Assembly (NCBI GenBank): GCA_963712585.1
Contig: CAVQIH010000016.1
Coordinates: forward strand, 140,533 to 204,532
Source: an uncultured Chloroflexia bacterium
GTDB taxonomy: Bacteria; Chloroflexota; Limnocylindria; Limnocylindrales; CSP1-4
Length of the DNA stretch: 64,000 nt
Reading direction: 5' to 3'
Positions 49,756-60,167 of this stretch are shown here, one piece after another (the stretch's first letter is position 1; each line of letters opens with the position of its first letter). Below the pieces are notes generated by a model. That model saw only the letters and a program-made list of their open reading frames with translations, had not been told where the DNA came from and ran no database searches. A program made the translations under genes and the position numbers.

Positions 49756-51195
49756 TCAGCGGCCGGTGCTGGCCCGCGCGAGCCGCTCGCCGGGAAGCGC
49801 CACGGGGCGCTGCCGCGGCCGATGGCCGTCAGCGCCCGCAACGGGCCGGCCGATCCAGCCGTCGGGGCGTGTTGCCCCGGCGATCGGCGTCGGATGGCGG
49901 CTGCGCTCGCCGGGTCGAAGAGGCCGCGCGTAGCCGTTGCGGAATGGCTGTGGTCGCGCGCCGTGCAACGGCCGCGCTCCTCCGGCTGGCAGGGAGCGGG
50001 CACTCTGGCCCGCACCACCCGCGGCCGACCGCAACTGGATTGGCTCCGGGCGGATCGACCTGTTCGGCTCGAAGCCTGGAACGACCTCCGTCGGGACCGC
50101 GTGCCCGAGGAGCCGCTCAATGTCGCGCAGGAGGTGCGCCTCGTCGATGCAAACGAGGGAGACGGCCGCCCCGTCGATCCCGGCGCGACCGGTGCGGCCG
50201 ATGCGGTGGACGTAGTCCCCGGGGACCAAGGGCAGCTCGTAATTCACGACGTGCGGGAGCGCGTCGATGTCGAGGCCGCGGGCCGCGATATCGGTCGCCA
50301 CGAGAACGTTGACCCGCCCCGCCTTGAAGTCGCCGAGGGCCCGAATGCGCTGGGGCTGGCTCTTGTTGCCGTGGATCGCGGCGGCCGCGATTTCGTCGCG
50401 GACGAGCTGCTCGGCCAGGCGGTTTGCACCGTGCTTGGTGCGGGCGAAGACGAGGGCCTGGTTGATCCGGCCGGTCCGCACGAGGCGGCTCAGGAGCTCG
50501 CGCTTGCGTTCGCGGTCGACGGGGTGGACGAGCTGGCGGACGAGCTCGGCCGCCTCGTTCCGCCGGGAGACCTGGACGAAGGCTGGATCGTGGAGAAGGC
50601 CGTCCGCCAGGTGCCGGATCTCGTCCGAGAACGTCGCCGAGAAGAGCAGGTTCTGGCGGTGCGCGGGGAGCAGGGCCAGGATGCGGCGGATGTCGCGGAT
50701 GAAGCCCATGTCCAGCATCCGATCCGCCTCGTCGAGGACGAGGATCTCGACGGCGCCCAGCGCGATCGTGCCCTGCCCGACGTGGTCCAGGAGGCGTCCG
50801 GGGGTGGCCACCACAATCTCCGTCCCCGCCCGCAGCGCGCGGACCTGCGCCTCGAAGCCCACCCCGCCGTAGACGGCCGCCGAGCGGATCGGACGGCGGG
50901 CGCCGTAGGTCCGGACACTCTCCTCGACCTGGATCGCGAGCTCGCGGGTCGGGGCGAGGATGAGGACGCGGACAGGCGAGCGGCCGCTGCCCGGGCGGGT
51001 GGCGTGCAGTCGCTGGAGGATCGGCAGCACGAAGGCCGCGGTCTTGCCGGTGCCGGTCTGGGCTCCGGCGAGGACATCGCGCCCGGCCAGCACGAGCGGA
51101 ATGGCCTCGAGCTGGACGGGGGTGGGCTCGACGTAGCCCTGGTCCGCGACTGCGCGGAGGAGCTCGGGTGTCAGCCCGAGTCGATCGAATGACAT
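49756..51195 (-). CDS. rhlE: DEAD-box ATP-dependent RNA helicase (RhlE-like)
   Basis: Q-motif/Ia [35 protein letters not shown] (DEAD), [19 protein letters not shown]. Arg/Gly/Pro-rich C-terminal tail. Confidence 0.9.
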   Translation of the reverse strand: MSFDRLGLTPELLRAVADQGYVEPTPVQLEAIPLVLAGRDVLAGAQTGTGKTAAFVLPILQRLHATRPGSGRSPVRVLILAPTRELAIQVEESVRTYGARRPIRSAAVYGGVGFEAQVRALRAGTEIVVATPGRLLDHVGQGTIALGAVEILVLDEADRMLDMGFIRDIRRILALLPAHRQNLLFSATFSDEIRHLADGLLHDPAFVQVSRRNEAAELVRQLVHPVDRERKRELLSRLVRTGRINQALVFARTKHGANRLAEQLVRDEIAAAAIHGNKSQPQRIRALGDFKAGRVNVLVATDIAARGLDIDALPHVVNYELPLVPGDYVHRIGRTGRAGIDGAAVSLVCIDEAHLLRDIERLLGHAVPTEVVPGFEPNRSIRPEPIQLRSAAGGAGQSARSLPAGGARPLHGARPQPFRNGYARPLRPGERSRHPTPIAGATRPDGWIGRPVAGADGHRPRQRPVALPGERLARASTGR

Positions 51196-51368
51196 GAGAG
51201 GAGAAGCTCCTGACGGGCCCTCCCGCGATCTCGCGGGGCCCGGTCAGGGCATGAAGATGGATCGGGATCAGCGGTTTGGGGACCGGGGCGCTGACCGGAG
51301 CGCCCATCGAGCACGAGACGTGCAGCATACCCGACCCTGCCGGATCGTGGGTGGGAGGCGAATCGCGA

Positions 51369-51989
51369 TCAGCGAAGGCCGCGCGACTGGCTGGACCGGG
51401 GGGCCTTGGCGCCGCGCCCGACGAGCGTGCCCGGGATCGTCACCCGCCGGATGTCGCCGGCCCGGTTGACGAGGTACGCCCGAACGGGGACCGCCGCGAG
51501 GACCGGGTTCGCGGGGTTGACCTCGTCGAGCGCTTCCACGAACCGCGGCTCATCTGGGACCAGCAGGCCGAGCGCGAGATCATGGTCCACGATCGGCTGG
51601 GCCCGCACGACCAGTCGGCCGATCGCCTGCTCCAGCGCCGCGCGGAGACCCTCGGCTCCCCGGGTCATCCGCAGGATCGTTACCCGGTCGAGGCCCCTCG
51701 CATCGACCACGAGCGTCTCGCCCGGCTTCCAGGCCGCGAGATCGACGGCGTCCGGGCGGTCGTGATGGAGGCTGTAGCCATACGTCCAGTCGGCCTGAGC
51801 TCGGGCAGGGTCGATGGCCGGAACCGGCTCGCCGATCGTCTCGGGTCGCGAATGGGCGAGGTCCGAGATGGGCACGCTTACGCGCACCACCGGGTACGAT
51901 TCCGTCTCGAGCAGGTAGCCGGCGAGACGGACAAGGCCGTATTGCACTCGCCGGTAGTCAAGCAGGTTCGGCTTTGCAGGCCTGGGCAA
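51369..51989 (-). CDS. Hypothetical protein
   Basis: The 206-aa ORF has a protein-like composition. No family recognised. Confidence 0.4.
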   Translation of the reverse strand: MPRPAKPNLLDYRRVQYGLVRLAGYLLETESYPVVRVSVPISDLAHSRPETIGEPVPAIDPARAQADWTYGYSLHHDRPDAVDLAAWKPGETLVVDARGLDRVTILRMTRGAEGLRAALEQAIGRLVVRAQPIVDHDLALGLLVPDEPRFVEALDEVNPANPVLAAVPVRAYLVNRAGDIRRVTIPGTLVGRGAKAPRSSQSRGLR

Positions 51990-52126
51990 GGGAAGGGTCC
52001 TCGGTGGGTTGGCGGCCCCCAGCGGACCGGCACCAGTGCTCGTCCTCTGAAGCTACCCCACTGGTCAAGGCGGGCCGGATGAGGATCATCCGGCCCGCCT
52101 CCTGTCGCCGAGATGGGCGAACCGCG

Positions 52127-52477
52127 CTAGACCTCGGTGATCCCGATGACGTGGCCCTCGGGGTCGGCCAGGAGGCCGAGGGTGGCGCCCCCACCCGGGC
52201 TGAACTTGGGCATGATCACTCGCCCGCCCAGGGCGGCGGCGCGGGCCAGGGCCGCGTCGACGTCCGGCACGGTGACATAGCCGGTAACGTGGCCGGCCGA
52301 GCCGTCTGGTGCCGAGCCGATCCCGACCACCACCCCGGTGTCGTCGCCCGAGGTCATCCCATAGCCACCCGGGTTGTTCGTGTCCAGGTGCCACCCGAAC
52401 AGATCGGAGTAGAAGCGCTGGAGAGCCGCGCCGTCGCGACCCACGATCTCGACGTGAATGACCCGCCGGTCCGCCAT
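52127..52477 (-). CDS. VOC/glyoxalase-family protein
   Basis: ATG at 52477 is preceded by GAGGGAG. 116 aa. VIHVEIVGRDGAALQRFYSDLFGWHLD ... GGATLGLLADPEGHVIGI. Confidence 0.75.
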   Translation of the reverse strand: MADRRVIHVEIVGRDGAALQRFYSDLFGWHLDTNNPGGYGMTSGDDTGVVVGIGSAPDGSAGHVTGYVTVPDVDAALARAAALGGRVIMPKFSPGGGATLGLLADPEGHVIGITEV

Positions 52478-52586
52478 CGTTCGGACTCCCTCTGCGAGGG
52501 CCCCGCGACGTTGACGTTCGAGTCGCCCTCGACAAGACGACGAATGAGGCTCCCGGAATCGACAGGCTGTCGGCCTGCGGTGCGCG

Positions 52587-53390
52587 CTACCGCTCGGCGA
52601 GCAGGAAGACCCGGTGGAAGGCGAGGTCGAGCAGGCCGGATGGGTCGGCCTGGCGGCGGAGCTCGGCGGCGACGATCGCCGCGGCCGAGGTGAAGTAGGC
52701 CGGTGGGACCTCGATCTCGTAGTGGGCGGGGTTGAAGTAGCCGTTGGCCGCCCCCGACGTGAAGACTCCGAACGCCTGCTCGGGCGAGACACGGCTGTGG
52801 GTCGCTTCGACGAGGCAGCTCCGAACCCGCAGGCCGGCGGAGCGGGCGAGCTCGGCGTACTCCTCGGCCGTCTCGAGGAAGAACCAGGGCGAGCGGAAGC
52901 GTGCGTAGTAGGGGCGGGTCTCCTCGTGCTCGAGGAGGGCGTCGGTCGCGGCCACGAAGTTCGGCCCGTAGTTGCGGGTCGCCGGTGCTTGGACGGCCAG
53001 CCGGCCACCATTGCGGAGCGCGCGCCGGCAGTTGCGCAGCGCGCGTTCGGGATCGGCGAACCACTGGAACGCGGAGTTGCAGAAGACTCGGTCGAAGGCC
53101 TGCTCGAAGGCAAGCTCCTCCGCCCCGACCCGGACGAACTCCGTCCCGTCGCCCGTCGCGCCCGCCAGCGCCTCGGCGATCATCCGCGCCGAGGGATCGC
53201 AGCCCACGACCCGGCCGCTCGTGCGCCGGCGGAGCTCGCGAGTCAGGTTGCCCGGCCCGCAGCCCAGGTCCAGGACGTCATCCGTCGGCCCGATCTCGAG
53301 GAGCGCCATGAGACGGGCGCCGGCGTCGCGCTGGACCGTGGCGAGGTCTTCGTAGGCGGCGGCGACCCGGTCGAACTGGCTGGCGCCCAT
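52587..53390 (-). CDS. Class I SAM-dependent methyltransferase
   Basis: Motif [37 protein letters not shown]. Confidence 0.8.
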   Translation of the reverse strand: MGASQFDRVAAAYEDLATVQRDAGARLMALLEIGPTDDVLDLGCGPGNLTRELRRRTSGRVVGCDPSARMIAEALAGATGDGTEFVRVGAEELAFEQAFDRVFCNSAFQWFADPERALRNCRRALRNGGRLAVQAPATRNYGPNFVAATDALLEHEETRPYYARFRSPWFFLETAEEYAELARSAGLRVRSCLVEATHSRVSPEQAFGVFTSGAANGYFNPAHYEIEVPPAYFTSAAAIVAAELRRQADPSGLLDLAFHRVFLLAER

Positions 53391-53429
53391 CGGGCCTCAC
53401 TCTAGCCGAGGCCGGGGATCGCCGACGCG

Positions 53430-55482
53430 TCAGACCGCCTCGGCGAGCGCCTCGACGAACTGGCTGTTGTAGAGGTCGTAGTAGAAGCCGCGCGCGCGCG
53501 AGCAGCTCGTCGTGCGTGCCCTGCTCGACGATGCGGCCGTGGTCCATGACGAGGATCGTGTCGGCGTCGCGGATCGTCGAGAGCCGGTGCGCGATCACGA
53601 AGCTCGTGCGGCCCTTCATCAGCCGCGCCATCGCCCGCTGGATGAGCACCTCGGTGCGCGTGTCGACCGAGCTCGTCGCCTCGTCGAGGATGAGGATCCG
53701 CGGGTCGGCGAGGAACGCCCGCGCGATCGTGAGCAGCTGCTTCTCGCCCGGCCGAGACGTTGGTGGCGTCGTCGTCGAGGACGGTGTCGTAGCCGTCGGG
53801 CAGCGTGCGCACGAAGTGGTCGACGTGGGCCGCCTCGGCGGCCGCGACGATCTGCTCCTCGGTGGCGTCCTCGCGGCCGTAGGCGATGTTCTCGCGGATC
53901 GTGCCGCCGAACAGCCAGGTGTCCTGCAGCACCATGCCGAAGGTCCGGCGCAGGTCGTCGCGGGTCATCTCGCGGGTGTCGACGCCGTCGACGGTGATGC
54001 GCCCGCCGTCGATCTCGTAGAAGCGCATCAGCAGGTTGACGAGCGTCGTCTTGCCGGCGCCGGTCGGGCCGACGATCGCGACCGTCTGGCCGGGCTCGCA
54101 CGTCGAGGTCCAGGTCCTCGATGAGCGGCGTCGTCGGGCTCGTAGCGGAACGAGACGTCCTCGAAGCGCGATCGCGCCGCCGGCCGTCGACGCAGGACGC
54201 GCGGCTGCGCCGGCGTCGGGCGATCTCCTCGGCCTCGTCGAGCAGCTCGAAGACGCGCTCGGCCGAGGCGACCGCCGACTGCAGGACGTTCGCGATGCTG
54301 GCCGTCTGGGCGATCGGGCAGCGTGAACTGGCGCGAGTACTGGATGAACGCCTGGACGTCGCCCAGCGACATCGCGCCGGTCGCGACCCGCAGCGCCGCC
54401 GATGACCGCGATCGCGACGTAGTTGAGGTTGCCGATGAAGTTCATCGCCGGCTGGATGATGCCGGAGATGAACTGCGCCTTGAAGCTCGCCTCGTAGAGC
54501 CTGCTCGTTCTCCTCGTCGAACGTCGCGATCGCCTCGTCCTGGCGGCCGAAGACCTTCACGATGGTGTGCCCGGTGTGCATCTCCTCGACGTGGCCGTTG
54601 AGCGTGCCGGTCGACTGCCCACTGGGCCGCGAACTGCTTCTGCGAGCGCTTGGCGATGAGCATCGTGACGACGATCGAGAGCGGGCACGGCGAGCAGCGA
54701 GATCGACGGCCAGCAGCGGGCTGATCGCAGAACATCATGACCAGCACGCCGATGATCGTGAGCAGCGAGGTGATGATCTGGGTCAGGCTCTGCTGGAGCG
54801 TCTGGGCGATGTTGTCGATGTCGTTGGTGACGCGGCTCAGGATGTCGCCGCGCGGGTGGCCGTCGAAGTAGCTGCAGCGGCAGGCGGGCCGAGCTTCTGG
54901 TCGACCTCGCTGGCGCAGCCGGTAGACGGTCCGCTGGGCGACGCCGGCCATGATGTAGGCCTGCACCCAGCCGAAGAGCGCGCTCAGCAGGTAGACGCCG
55001 ACGAGCAGCAGCAGGATGCTGCCCGAGCGCCGCGAAGTCGACGCCCTGCGCCGGGCGTGACGTGCATGCTCGGCGAGCATGTCGGCGAGCTGGTCCTGGC
55101 CGCTGCGCCCGCAGCGCCGCGACGGCCTGCTCCTGGGTGACCCCGGCCGGCATCTGCTTGCCGACGACGCCCTCGAAGAGCACGTTCGTCGCGTTGCCGA
55201 GGATCTTCGGCCCGACGACGGCGAAGGCGACGCTGACGACCGCCAGCACGATCACGAGCGACGATCGGCGGCGCTTCCGGCCGCAGCTCGCGCGAGCAGC
55301 CGCCCGAACGAGCCGCGGAAGTCCTTCGACTTCTCGGCCGGCAGCATCATGCCCATGCCTGGCGGGCCGCCGCCGAAGCCGCCCCGGCGCGGGGGCCCGA
55401 CCGGTCGCCCGGCACGCCCGGGCCGCCCATCGGGCACCGCCGCCCATGCCCGGGCGCCCGCCCGCGCCGGTGCGCTCGCTCA
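53430..55482 (-). pseudogene. ABC exporter, fused permease/ATPase (MdlB/MsbA-like, second subunit), multiply frameshifted
   Basis: GTG at 55482 overlaps the upstream stop (GTGA). Gly/Pro-rich N-terminus. TM pieces LLLVGVYLLSALFGWVQAYIMAGVAQRTVYRLR and RVTNDIDNIAQTLQQSLTQIITSLLTIIGVLVMMF. NBD pieces [58 protein letters not shown] and [35 protein letters not shown]. The last frame change is inside the (CG)n run 53489-53500. Confidence 0.8.
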
Positions 55483-57214
55483 CGCGACCTCCTCCTCGCG
55501 TGAGCTGCGAGTAGACGATCTCGCGGTACGTCTCGCAGTCTCCATGAGCTCCTCGTGCGTGCCGATGCCCGACGACCGTGCCGTCGTCCATGACGACGAT
55601 CCGGTCGGCGTGCATGATCGTGCTGACGCGCTGGGCGACGATGATCACCGTCGCCGCGCCGGTCTCCTGCTTGAGCGCGGCCCGCAGCCGCGCGTCGGTC
55701 TTGAAGTCGAGCGCCGAGAAGCTGTCGTCGAAGACGTAGATCTCGGGCCGCTTCACGAGCGCGCGGGCGATCGCGAGGCGCTGGCGCTGGCCGCCGGAGA
55801 CGTTCGTGCCGCCCTGGGTGATCGGCGCCTCGAGGCCGTCCGGCATCTCGGCGACGAAGTCGCGCGCCTGGGCGATCTCGAGCGCGTGCCACAGCTCGCT
55901 CGTCGGTCGCCTCCTCGTCGCCGTAGCGCAGGTTGCTGGCGACCGTCCCGCTGAACAGGAACGCCTTCTGCGGGACGAAGCCGATCTTGCCCCAGAGGTC
56001 CTCCTGGCGCATCTCGCGGACGTCGACGCCGTCGACGAGGACGGCGCCGGCGGTGACGTCGTAGAAGCGCGGGATGAGGTTGATGAGCGTCGACTTGCCG
56101 CTGCCGGTGCTGCCGACGATCGCCGTCGTCTCGCCGGGCCTGGCCGCGAACGAGATGTCGCGCAGGACCGGGTCCTCGGCGCCCGGGTAGCGGAACTCGA
56201 CGTCGCGGAACTCGACGAGCCCCTGCGCACGCTGCGGGAGCGCCGGCACCTCGGGGTCCGCGCACGGACGGCTCGGTGTCGAGCACCTCCTGGATGCGCT
56301 CGGCCGAGGCGGCCGCGCGCGGCACCATGACGAACATGATCGTCGCCATCATCACCGACATGAGGATCTGCATGATGTAGGTGAGGAAGGCGGTCAGGTT
56401 GCCGATCGGCATCGCCCCGCTGTCGACGCGGATGCTGCCGAACCACATGACCGCGACGGTCGAGAGGTTCAGGATCGCCATGAGCGCCGGGATCATCAGC
56501 GCGAAGAGCCGGTTGACCCTGAGCGCGGTGTCGGTGAGGTCGCGGTTGGCCTCGTCGAACCGCCGCTCCTCGTGCTCGGTCCGCACGAACGCGCGGATGA
56601 CGCGGACGCCGGCGAGCGTCTCGCGCATGACCTGGTTGATGCGGTCGATCTTGACCTGCATCGCCCGGAACAGCGGGATCGCCCGCGTCATCAGCAGGCC
56701 GATGACGACGGCCATGAGCGGCAGGACGATGACGAGCAGGCCGGACAGCGGCACGTCCTGGCGCAGCGCCATGATGATGCCGCCGACGGCCATGATCGGC
56801 GCCGAGATCATGACGGTGAGCGCCATGACGACGACCATCTGCACCTGCTGCACGTCGTTGGTGTTGCGGGTGATGAGCGACGGCGTGCCGAAGTGGTTGA
56901 CCTCGGTCTGCGAGAAGTCTCGACCTTGCGGAAGATCGCGCTCCGCACGTCGCGCCCGAACGCCATCGGCGGTCTTGGAGCCCCAGTAGACCGCGACGAC
57001 CGAGGCGACCCCGAGGACGAGCGTCACGACGAGCATGAGCCCGCCGACGCGAGACGATGTAGGCGGTGTCGCCCTTGGCCACGCCGTTGTTGATGATGTC
57101 GGCGTTGAGCTCGGGCAGGTACAGGTTGGCGATCGCCTGGATGAGCAGCAGGACCAGCACGAAGGAGATCTGCTTCCCATACGGCCGCAGGTACTTCGTG
57201 AGGAGTCTCGTCAT
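55479..57214 (-). pseudogene. ABC exporter, fused permease/ATPase (MdlA-like, first subunit), multiply frameshifted
   Basis: MTRLLTKYLRPYGKQISFVLVLLLIQAIANLYLPELNADIINNGVAKGDTAYI, LITRNTNDVQQVQMVVVMALTVMISAPIMAVGGIIMAL, GSTGSGKSTLINLIPRFYDVTAGAVLVDG, VSGGQRQRLAIARALVKRPEIYVFDDSFSALD and IIVAQRVSTIMHADRIVVMDDG, spread over three frames. Confidence 0.8.
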
Positions 57215-57338
57215 CGGGGCAGGTGCCTCGTGGTCGGGTCCGTGTCGTGACAGGGGGAAGCGACGCAATCGTCGCCGTCGAATGTGGTGCGGGTGTGGAG
57301 GCGCGGCGGAGCTTGTCGGGAGGCCGCGCCCGCGGCGG

Positions 57339-57908
57339 TCAGCTGCCCCCCGGCGGCGCTCGGCCGGGACTGCGTGGCGGAGACCCGGGGCCAGGCCCGC
57401 CGGCGGCTGCCCCGGTCCCGCCCGCCCCGTAGATGCGCTCGCGCGCGACGTGCAGGGCGCGCAGCCCCGCCAGGAAGCCGGCGAGCTCGGCCGTGGTCAG
57501 CTCCTGGAGGAGCCGCGCAAGGTGCTCGCGCCGGCGTCCCTCGAAGGCGGCGAACACGTTCGACCCGGCCTCGGTCAGCTGGACGAGGACGATCCGGCGG
57601 TCGTCGCTGTCGTGGCGGCGCTGGACGAGACCGCGCGCCTCCATGCGCGTGACGATGCCGGTCGCGCTGGCCACGGACACGTCGAGCTCCTCGGCGAGAT
57701 GCCCCATGGGCAGTGGGCCCTGCACCTCGAGCACGTTCACGACGTTCAGGTGGACCAGGCTGAGGGCGTCCCGGTGCCACATCTTGAAGGCGCCGGCGCG
57801 GTCACGCGGGGGCCAGCGGGTCAGCTCGTCGAGGAGATCGGCGACCAGGGCCTGGCGTTCGTCCGGCGGGTGTCGGGAGGCCTCGTTGCTGTCGACATTC
57901 AATGCCAC
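57339..57908 (-). CDS. MarR-family transcriptional regulator (first gene of the marR-ABC-ABC operon)
   Basis: LSLVHLNVVNVLEVQGPLPMGHLAEELDVSVASATGIVTRMEARGLVQRRHDSDDRRIVLVQLTEAG. The GTG at 57908 is in frame. The longer ORF to 58139 only translates the tandem repeat. Confidence 0.8.
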   Translation of the reverse strand: MALNVDSNEASRHPPDERQALVADLLDELTRWPPRDRAGAFKMWHRDALSLVHLNVVNVLEVQGPLPMGHLAEELDVSVASATGIVTRMEARGLVQRRHDSDDRRIVLVQLTEAGSNVFAAFEGRRREHLARLLQELTTAELAGFLAGLRALHVARERIYGAGGTGAAAGGPGPGSPPRSPGRAPPGGS

Positions 57909-57914
57909 ATTGAC

Positions 57915-57920
57915 AGTATA
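57915..57920 (-). promoter_or_regulatory. Candidate -10 hexamer TATACT, 6 nt upstream of the marR GTG (possible leaderless transcript)
   Basis: The minus-strand sequence reads ...GCCTATACTGTCAATGTGGCATTG. No Shine-Dalgarno sequence lies between the hexamer and the GTG. Confidence 0.35.
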
Positions 57921-57923
57921 GGC

Positions 57924-58049
57924 GGCGCGTAGCCGGTTGGGCGCGGGCCGGCCGGTTGGGCGCGGGCGGCCGATTCGGCGCGGGCCGGCCGATTCGGCGC
58001 GTAGCCGGTTGGGCGCGGGCCGGCCGATTCGGCGCGGGCTGGCCGGCAC
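57924..58049. repeat. Seven tandem 16-19-bp units (GGCGCG[GGCCGGCC|TAGCC]G[ATTC|GTTG]) with a 72-bp higher-order period
   Basis: Units start at 57924, 57940, 57959, 57977, 57996, 58012 and 58031. The 31-mer GGCGCGTAGCCGGTTGGGCGCGGGCCGGCCG occurs at both 57924 and 57996. The 19-bp units contain the palindrome GGCCGGCC. Confidence 0.85.
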
Positions 58050-58373
58050 GCCAGGACGGCGCGAGGGTCCGCTCGGCTCGCGTCCGTCTTCGCGGAATAT
58101 GCGTTGCAGCGTTCGTATGGAGCTCTCGAGCGGTCGCAAGGCGCTCCTTCAGGCAGGTTGGCCCCCTCCGCGTGCGTGGCGACGGGTTCCGGCCGACCTG
58201 ACAACCCCTTCCAGCCTAGGATCGCGCGTAACAGCGCACCTGTGCTTATCCCGCAGATTCGGGGGTGGCAGTCGGCCGGGTGCGGACGTGGCGGGGCGCT
58301 GGCCACGTTCGTGCGCGGGGTTCGGCGTCCCGTACGATCCGGGGCGGGCAGGTCGGGCCCAGGCCAGCTGACC

Positions 58374-59270
58374 TCAGGCCAGCTCGGCACCGGCCTCGCT
58401 GGCATCCCGGGCGAACGACACGAGGGCGTCGTCGCGCTCCAGGGAATCGAGGAGAAGGGTCATGACCCGGCTGACGCCGAGGGCGCGGTACCTCGCGAGG
58501 AGCGCGACGCGCTCCGCCCCCTCGGGCCGGGAATCGTGGGCGTCGATGTTGATGGAGATGCGCAGCGTCGCGGGGTCTCGACCGATCTCCTCACAGCGCG
58601 AGCGGATCACGGGCAGCGCCTCGGCCAGCTCGTCGGGGCTCGGCCCGCCCACGTTGAGCTCGTCTGCGAAGCGCGCCGCGAGGCGCCAGGTCACGTTGGG
58701 GCCGCTGCCGCCGACGATGATCGGGACCCGGGGCTGCTGGATCGGCTTGGGCACGTTGATCGCGTCGATCACCTGCGAGTACCGCCCCTCGTAGGTTGCG
58801 TGGGCAGAGCGGCCCGGGGCGAGCATCCGGGTCACGATCTCCAGGTCGTCGGCAAGCCGGGCGAGGCGGTCGCGCGTCCCCGGGAGCGGACCGTAGCCGT
58901 AGGCCTCCCACTCGTCCTGCTTCCAGCCGGCGCCGAGCCCGAGCTCCATCCGGCCGCCGCTGATGACGTCCAAGGTGGCGGCCATCTTGGCGGTGAGGGC
59001 CGGGTTGCGGTAGGCCGTGCACAGGACGACGTGGCCGAGCCGGACCCGTGAGGTGAGGGCCGCCAGCGCAGCCAGCGCGGTGAACGCCTCGAACGTGATC
59101 TCGTCGGCCGAAGTGGGGGCCGTGGTGAAGTGATCGAAGAGCCAGATCGACTCGAACCCCAGCGCCTCCGCCTGGTGGGCGATCTCCGTCGCTCGCCGCC
59201 AGGCACGCCGGGGCTCCCAGCCCGCCAACTCGTTGAGATGCCCTTGGGGCACCACCACGCCGACCTTCAT
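58374..59270 (-). CDS. Luciferase-like monooxygenase (LLM) class, F420-dependent-type oxidoreductase
   Basis: ATG is preceded by GGAGG. GFESIWLFDHF, LGHVVLCTAYRNPALTAKMAATLDVISGGRMELGLGAGW. Confidence 0.85.
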   Translation of the reverse strand: MKVGVVVPQGHLNELAGWEPRRAWRRATEIAHQAEALGFESIWLFDHFTTAPTSADEITFEAFTALAALAALTSRVRLGHVVLCTAYRNPALTAKMAATLDVISGGRMELGLGAGWKQDEWEAYGYGPLPGTRDRLARLADDLEIVTRMLAPGRSAHATYEGRYSQVIDAINVPKPIQQPRVPIIVGGSGPNVTWRLAARFADELNVGGPSPDELAEALPVIRSRCEEIGRDPATLRISINIDAHDSRPEGAERVALLARYRALGVSRVMTLLLDSLERDDALVSFARDASEAGAELA

Positions 59271-59980
59271 CGACTGCCTCCGAGGTGCGCTTCGCGGATC
59301 TCTCGTCCCTCGACCAGGGATCGCGGCATCGCCACGCGGACGTTCGCGGCGATCGCATCGAGGTGACGAGCCACGGCCTCCCGGCCGATGCCGGGCGGGG
59401 CGTACGTCGCGAATACCACCGCGCGGCTGCCCTCGTCGAGCCGCGTTCGCTCATCGGGGCCGTAGACCACGCTCGAGATGATGCCGGCCTCGTCGCGCAT
59501 GGCCATGTCGCCTGGCGCGGCCTCGATCTCACGTCCGCCCAGGCCTGTGTACCGATCCCCGGGCGCGACGATGTCCACGACGATCGGTCCCTCGAGGCGG
59601 TCCGCGTCATGGCCGGCGGTGAGCAGCCCGGTCGTCAGCTCGGCGGCGAACATCGCCGCGACGAGCGCCCCCCGTGCCCGCAATGGCTTGCCCTTGATGG
59701 CCACCGATTCGAGCTGCAGCAGCACGTGATAGGTCTTCTCGAACCGCCGGTAGTAGCTGGCGTAGGCGGCGAGCTCGGGTAGCGCCAGGAGGTCGGCCCG
59801 TAGGGCGCCCGAAAAGCGGGCGCGCAGCGCCGTTGCCGTCTCGTCGAGCAGGGCATCGAGGCCGGCATCGTGCTCCGGGTTCTCCACGCCCGCCATCCAC
59901 AGGGTGCCGACGCAGGCGCCCGGGAATGCCGCCGCCCACGCCCCCGAGACCACGATGTCAGTCCTGCGGCTCGCTCTCAT
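59267..59980 (-). CDS. B3/B4 tRNA-binding-domain family protein
   Basis: 237 aa. YYRRFEKTYHVLLQLESVAIKGKPLRARGALVAAMFAAELTTGLLTAGHDADRL ... DMAMRDEAGIISSVVYGPDERTRL resembles stand-alone B3/4 domain proteins. The stop overlaps the LLM start (ATGA). Confidence 0.6.
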   Translation of the reverse strand: MRASRRTDIVVSGAWAAAFPGACVGTLWMAGVENPEHDAGLDALLDETATALRARFSGALRADLLALPELAAYASYYRRFEKTYHVLLQLESVAIKGKPLRARGALVAAMFAAELTTGLLTAGHDADRLEGPIVVDIVAPGDRYTGLGGREIEAAPGDMAMRDEAGIISSVVYGPDERTRLDEGSRAVVFATYAPPGIGREAVARHLDAIAANVRVAMPRSLVEGREIREAHLGGSR

Positions 59981-60167
59981 GCCTGCCCCTGCGATCGAGA
60001 CCTGAAGGACGCTGTCCGAAGTGTAGGGACTCCGGTCGCGCCGCTCGCCGTCGTATCCTGGCCTGGCGAACCCGGGAGGGGCGCTCTCGAGGCGCTCCGG
60101 CAGGCTGGCTCGACGGCTGGGGTCGCCGAGCTCGACGATCGCCTCCGGTAGGCCAGGCCGTCATCGA

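Noticed and set aside
57924-58049. Tandem repeat as a CRISPR array
   Set aside because: The units are 16-19 bp and directly abutting, with no unique spacers. No cas genes are in the window.
58050-58373. Possible small RNA or tRNA in the somewhat lower-GC spacer between the LLM gene and the repeat array
   Set aside because: There is no tRNA T-loop or acceptor features and no recognisable Rfam-like motif or terminator. It is probably just the 3' UTR plus the promoter region.
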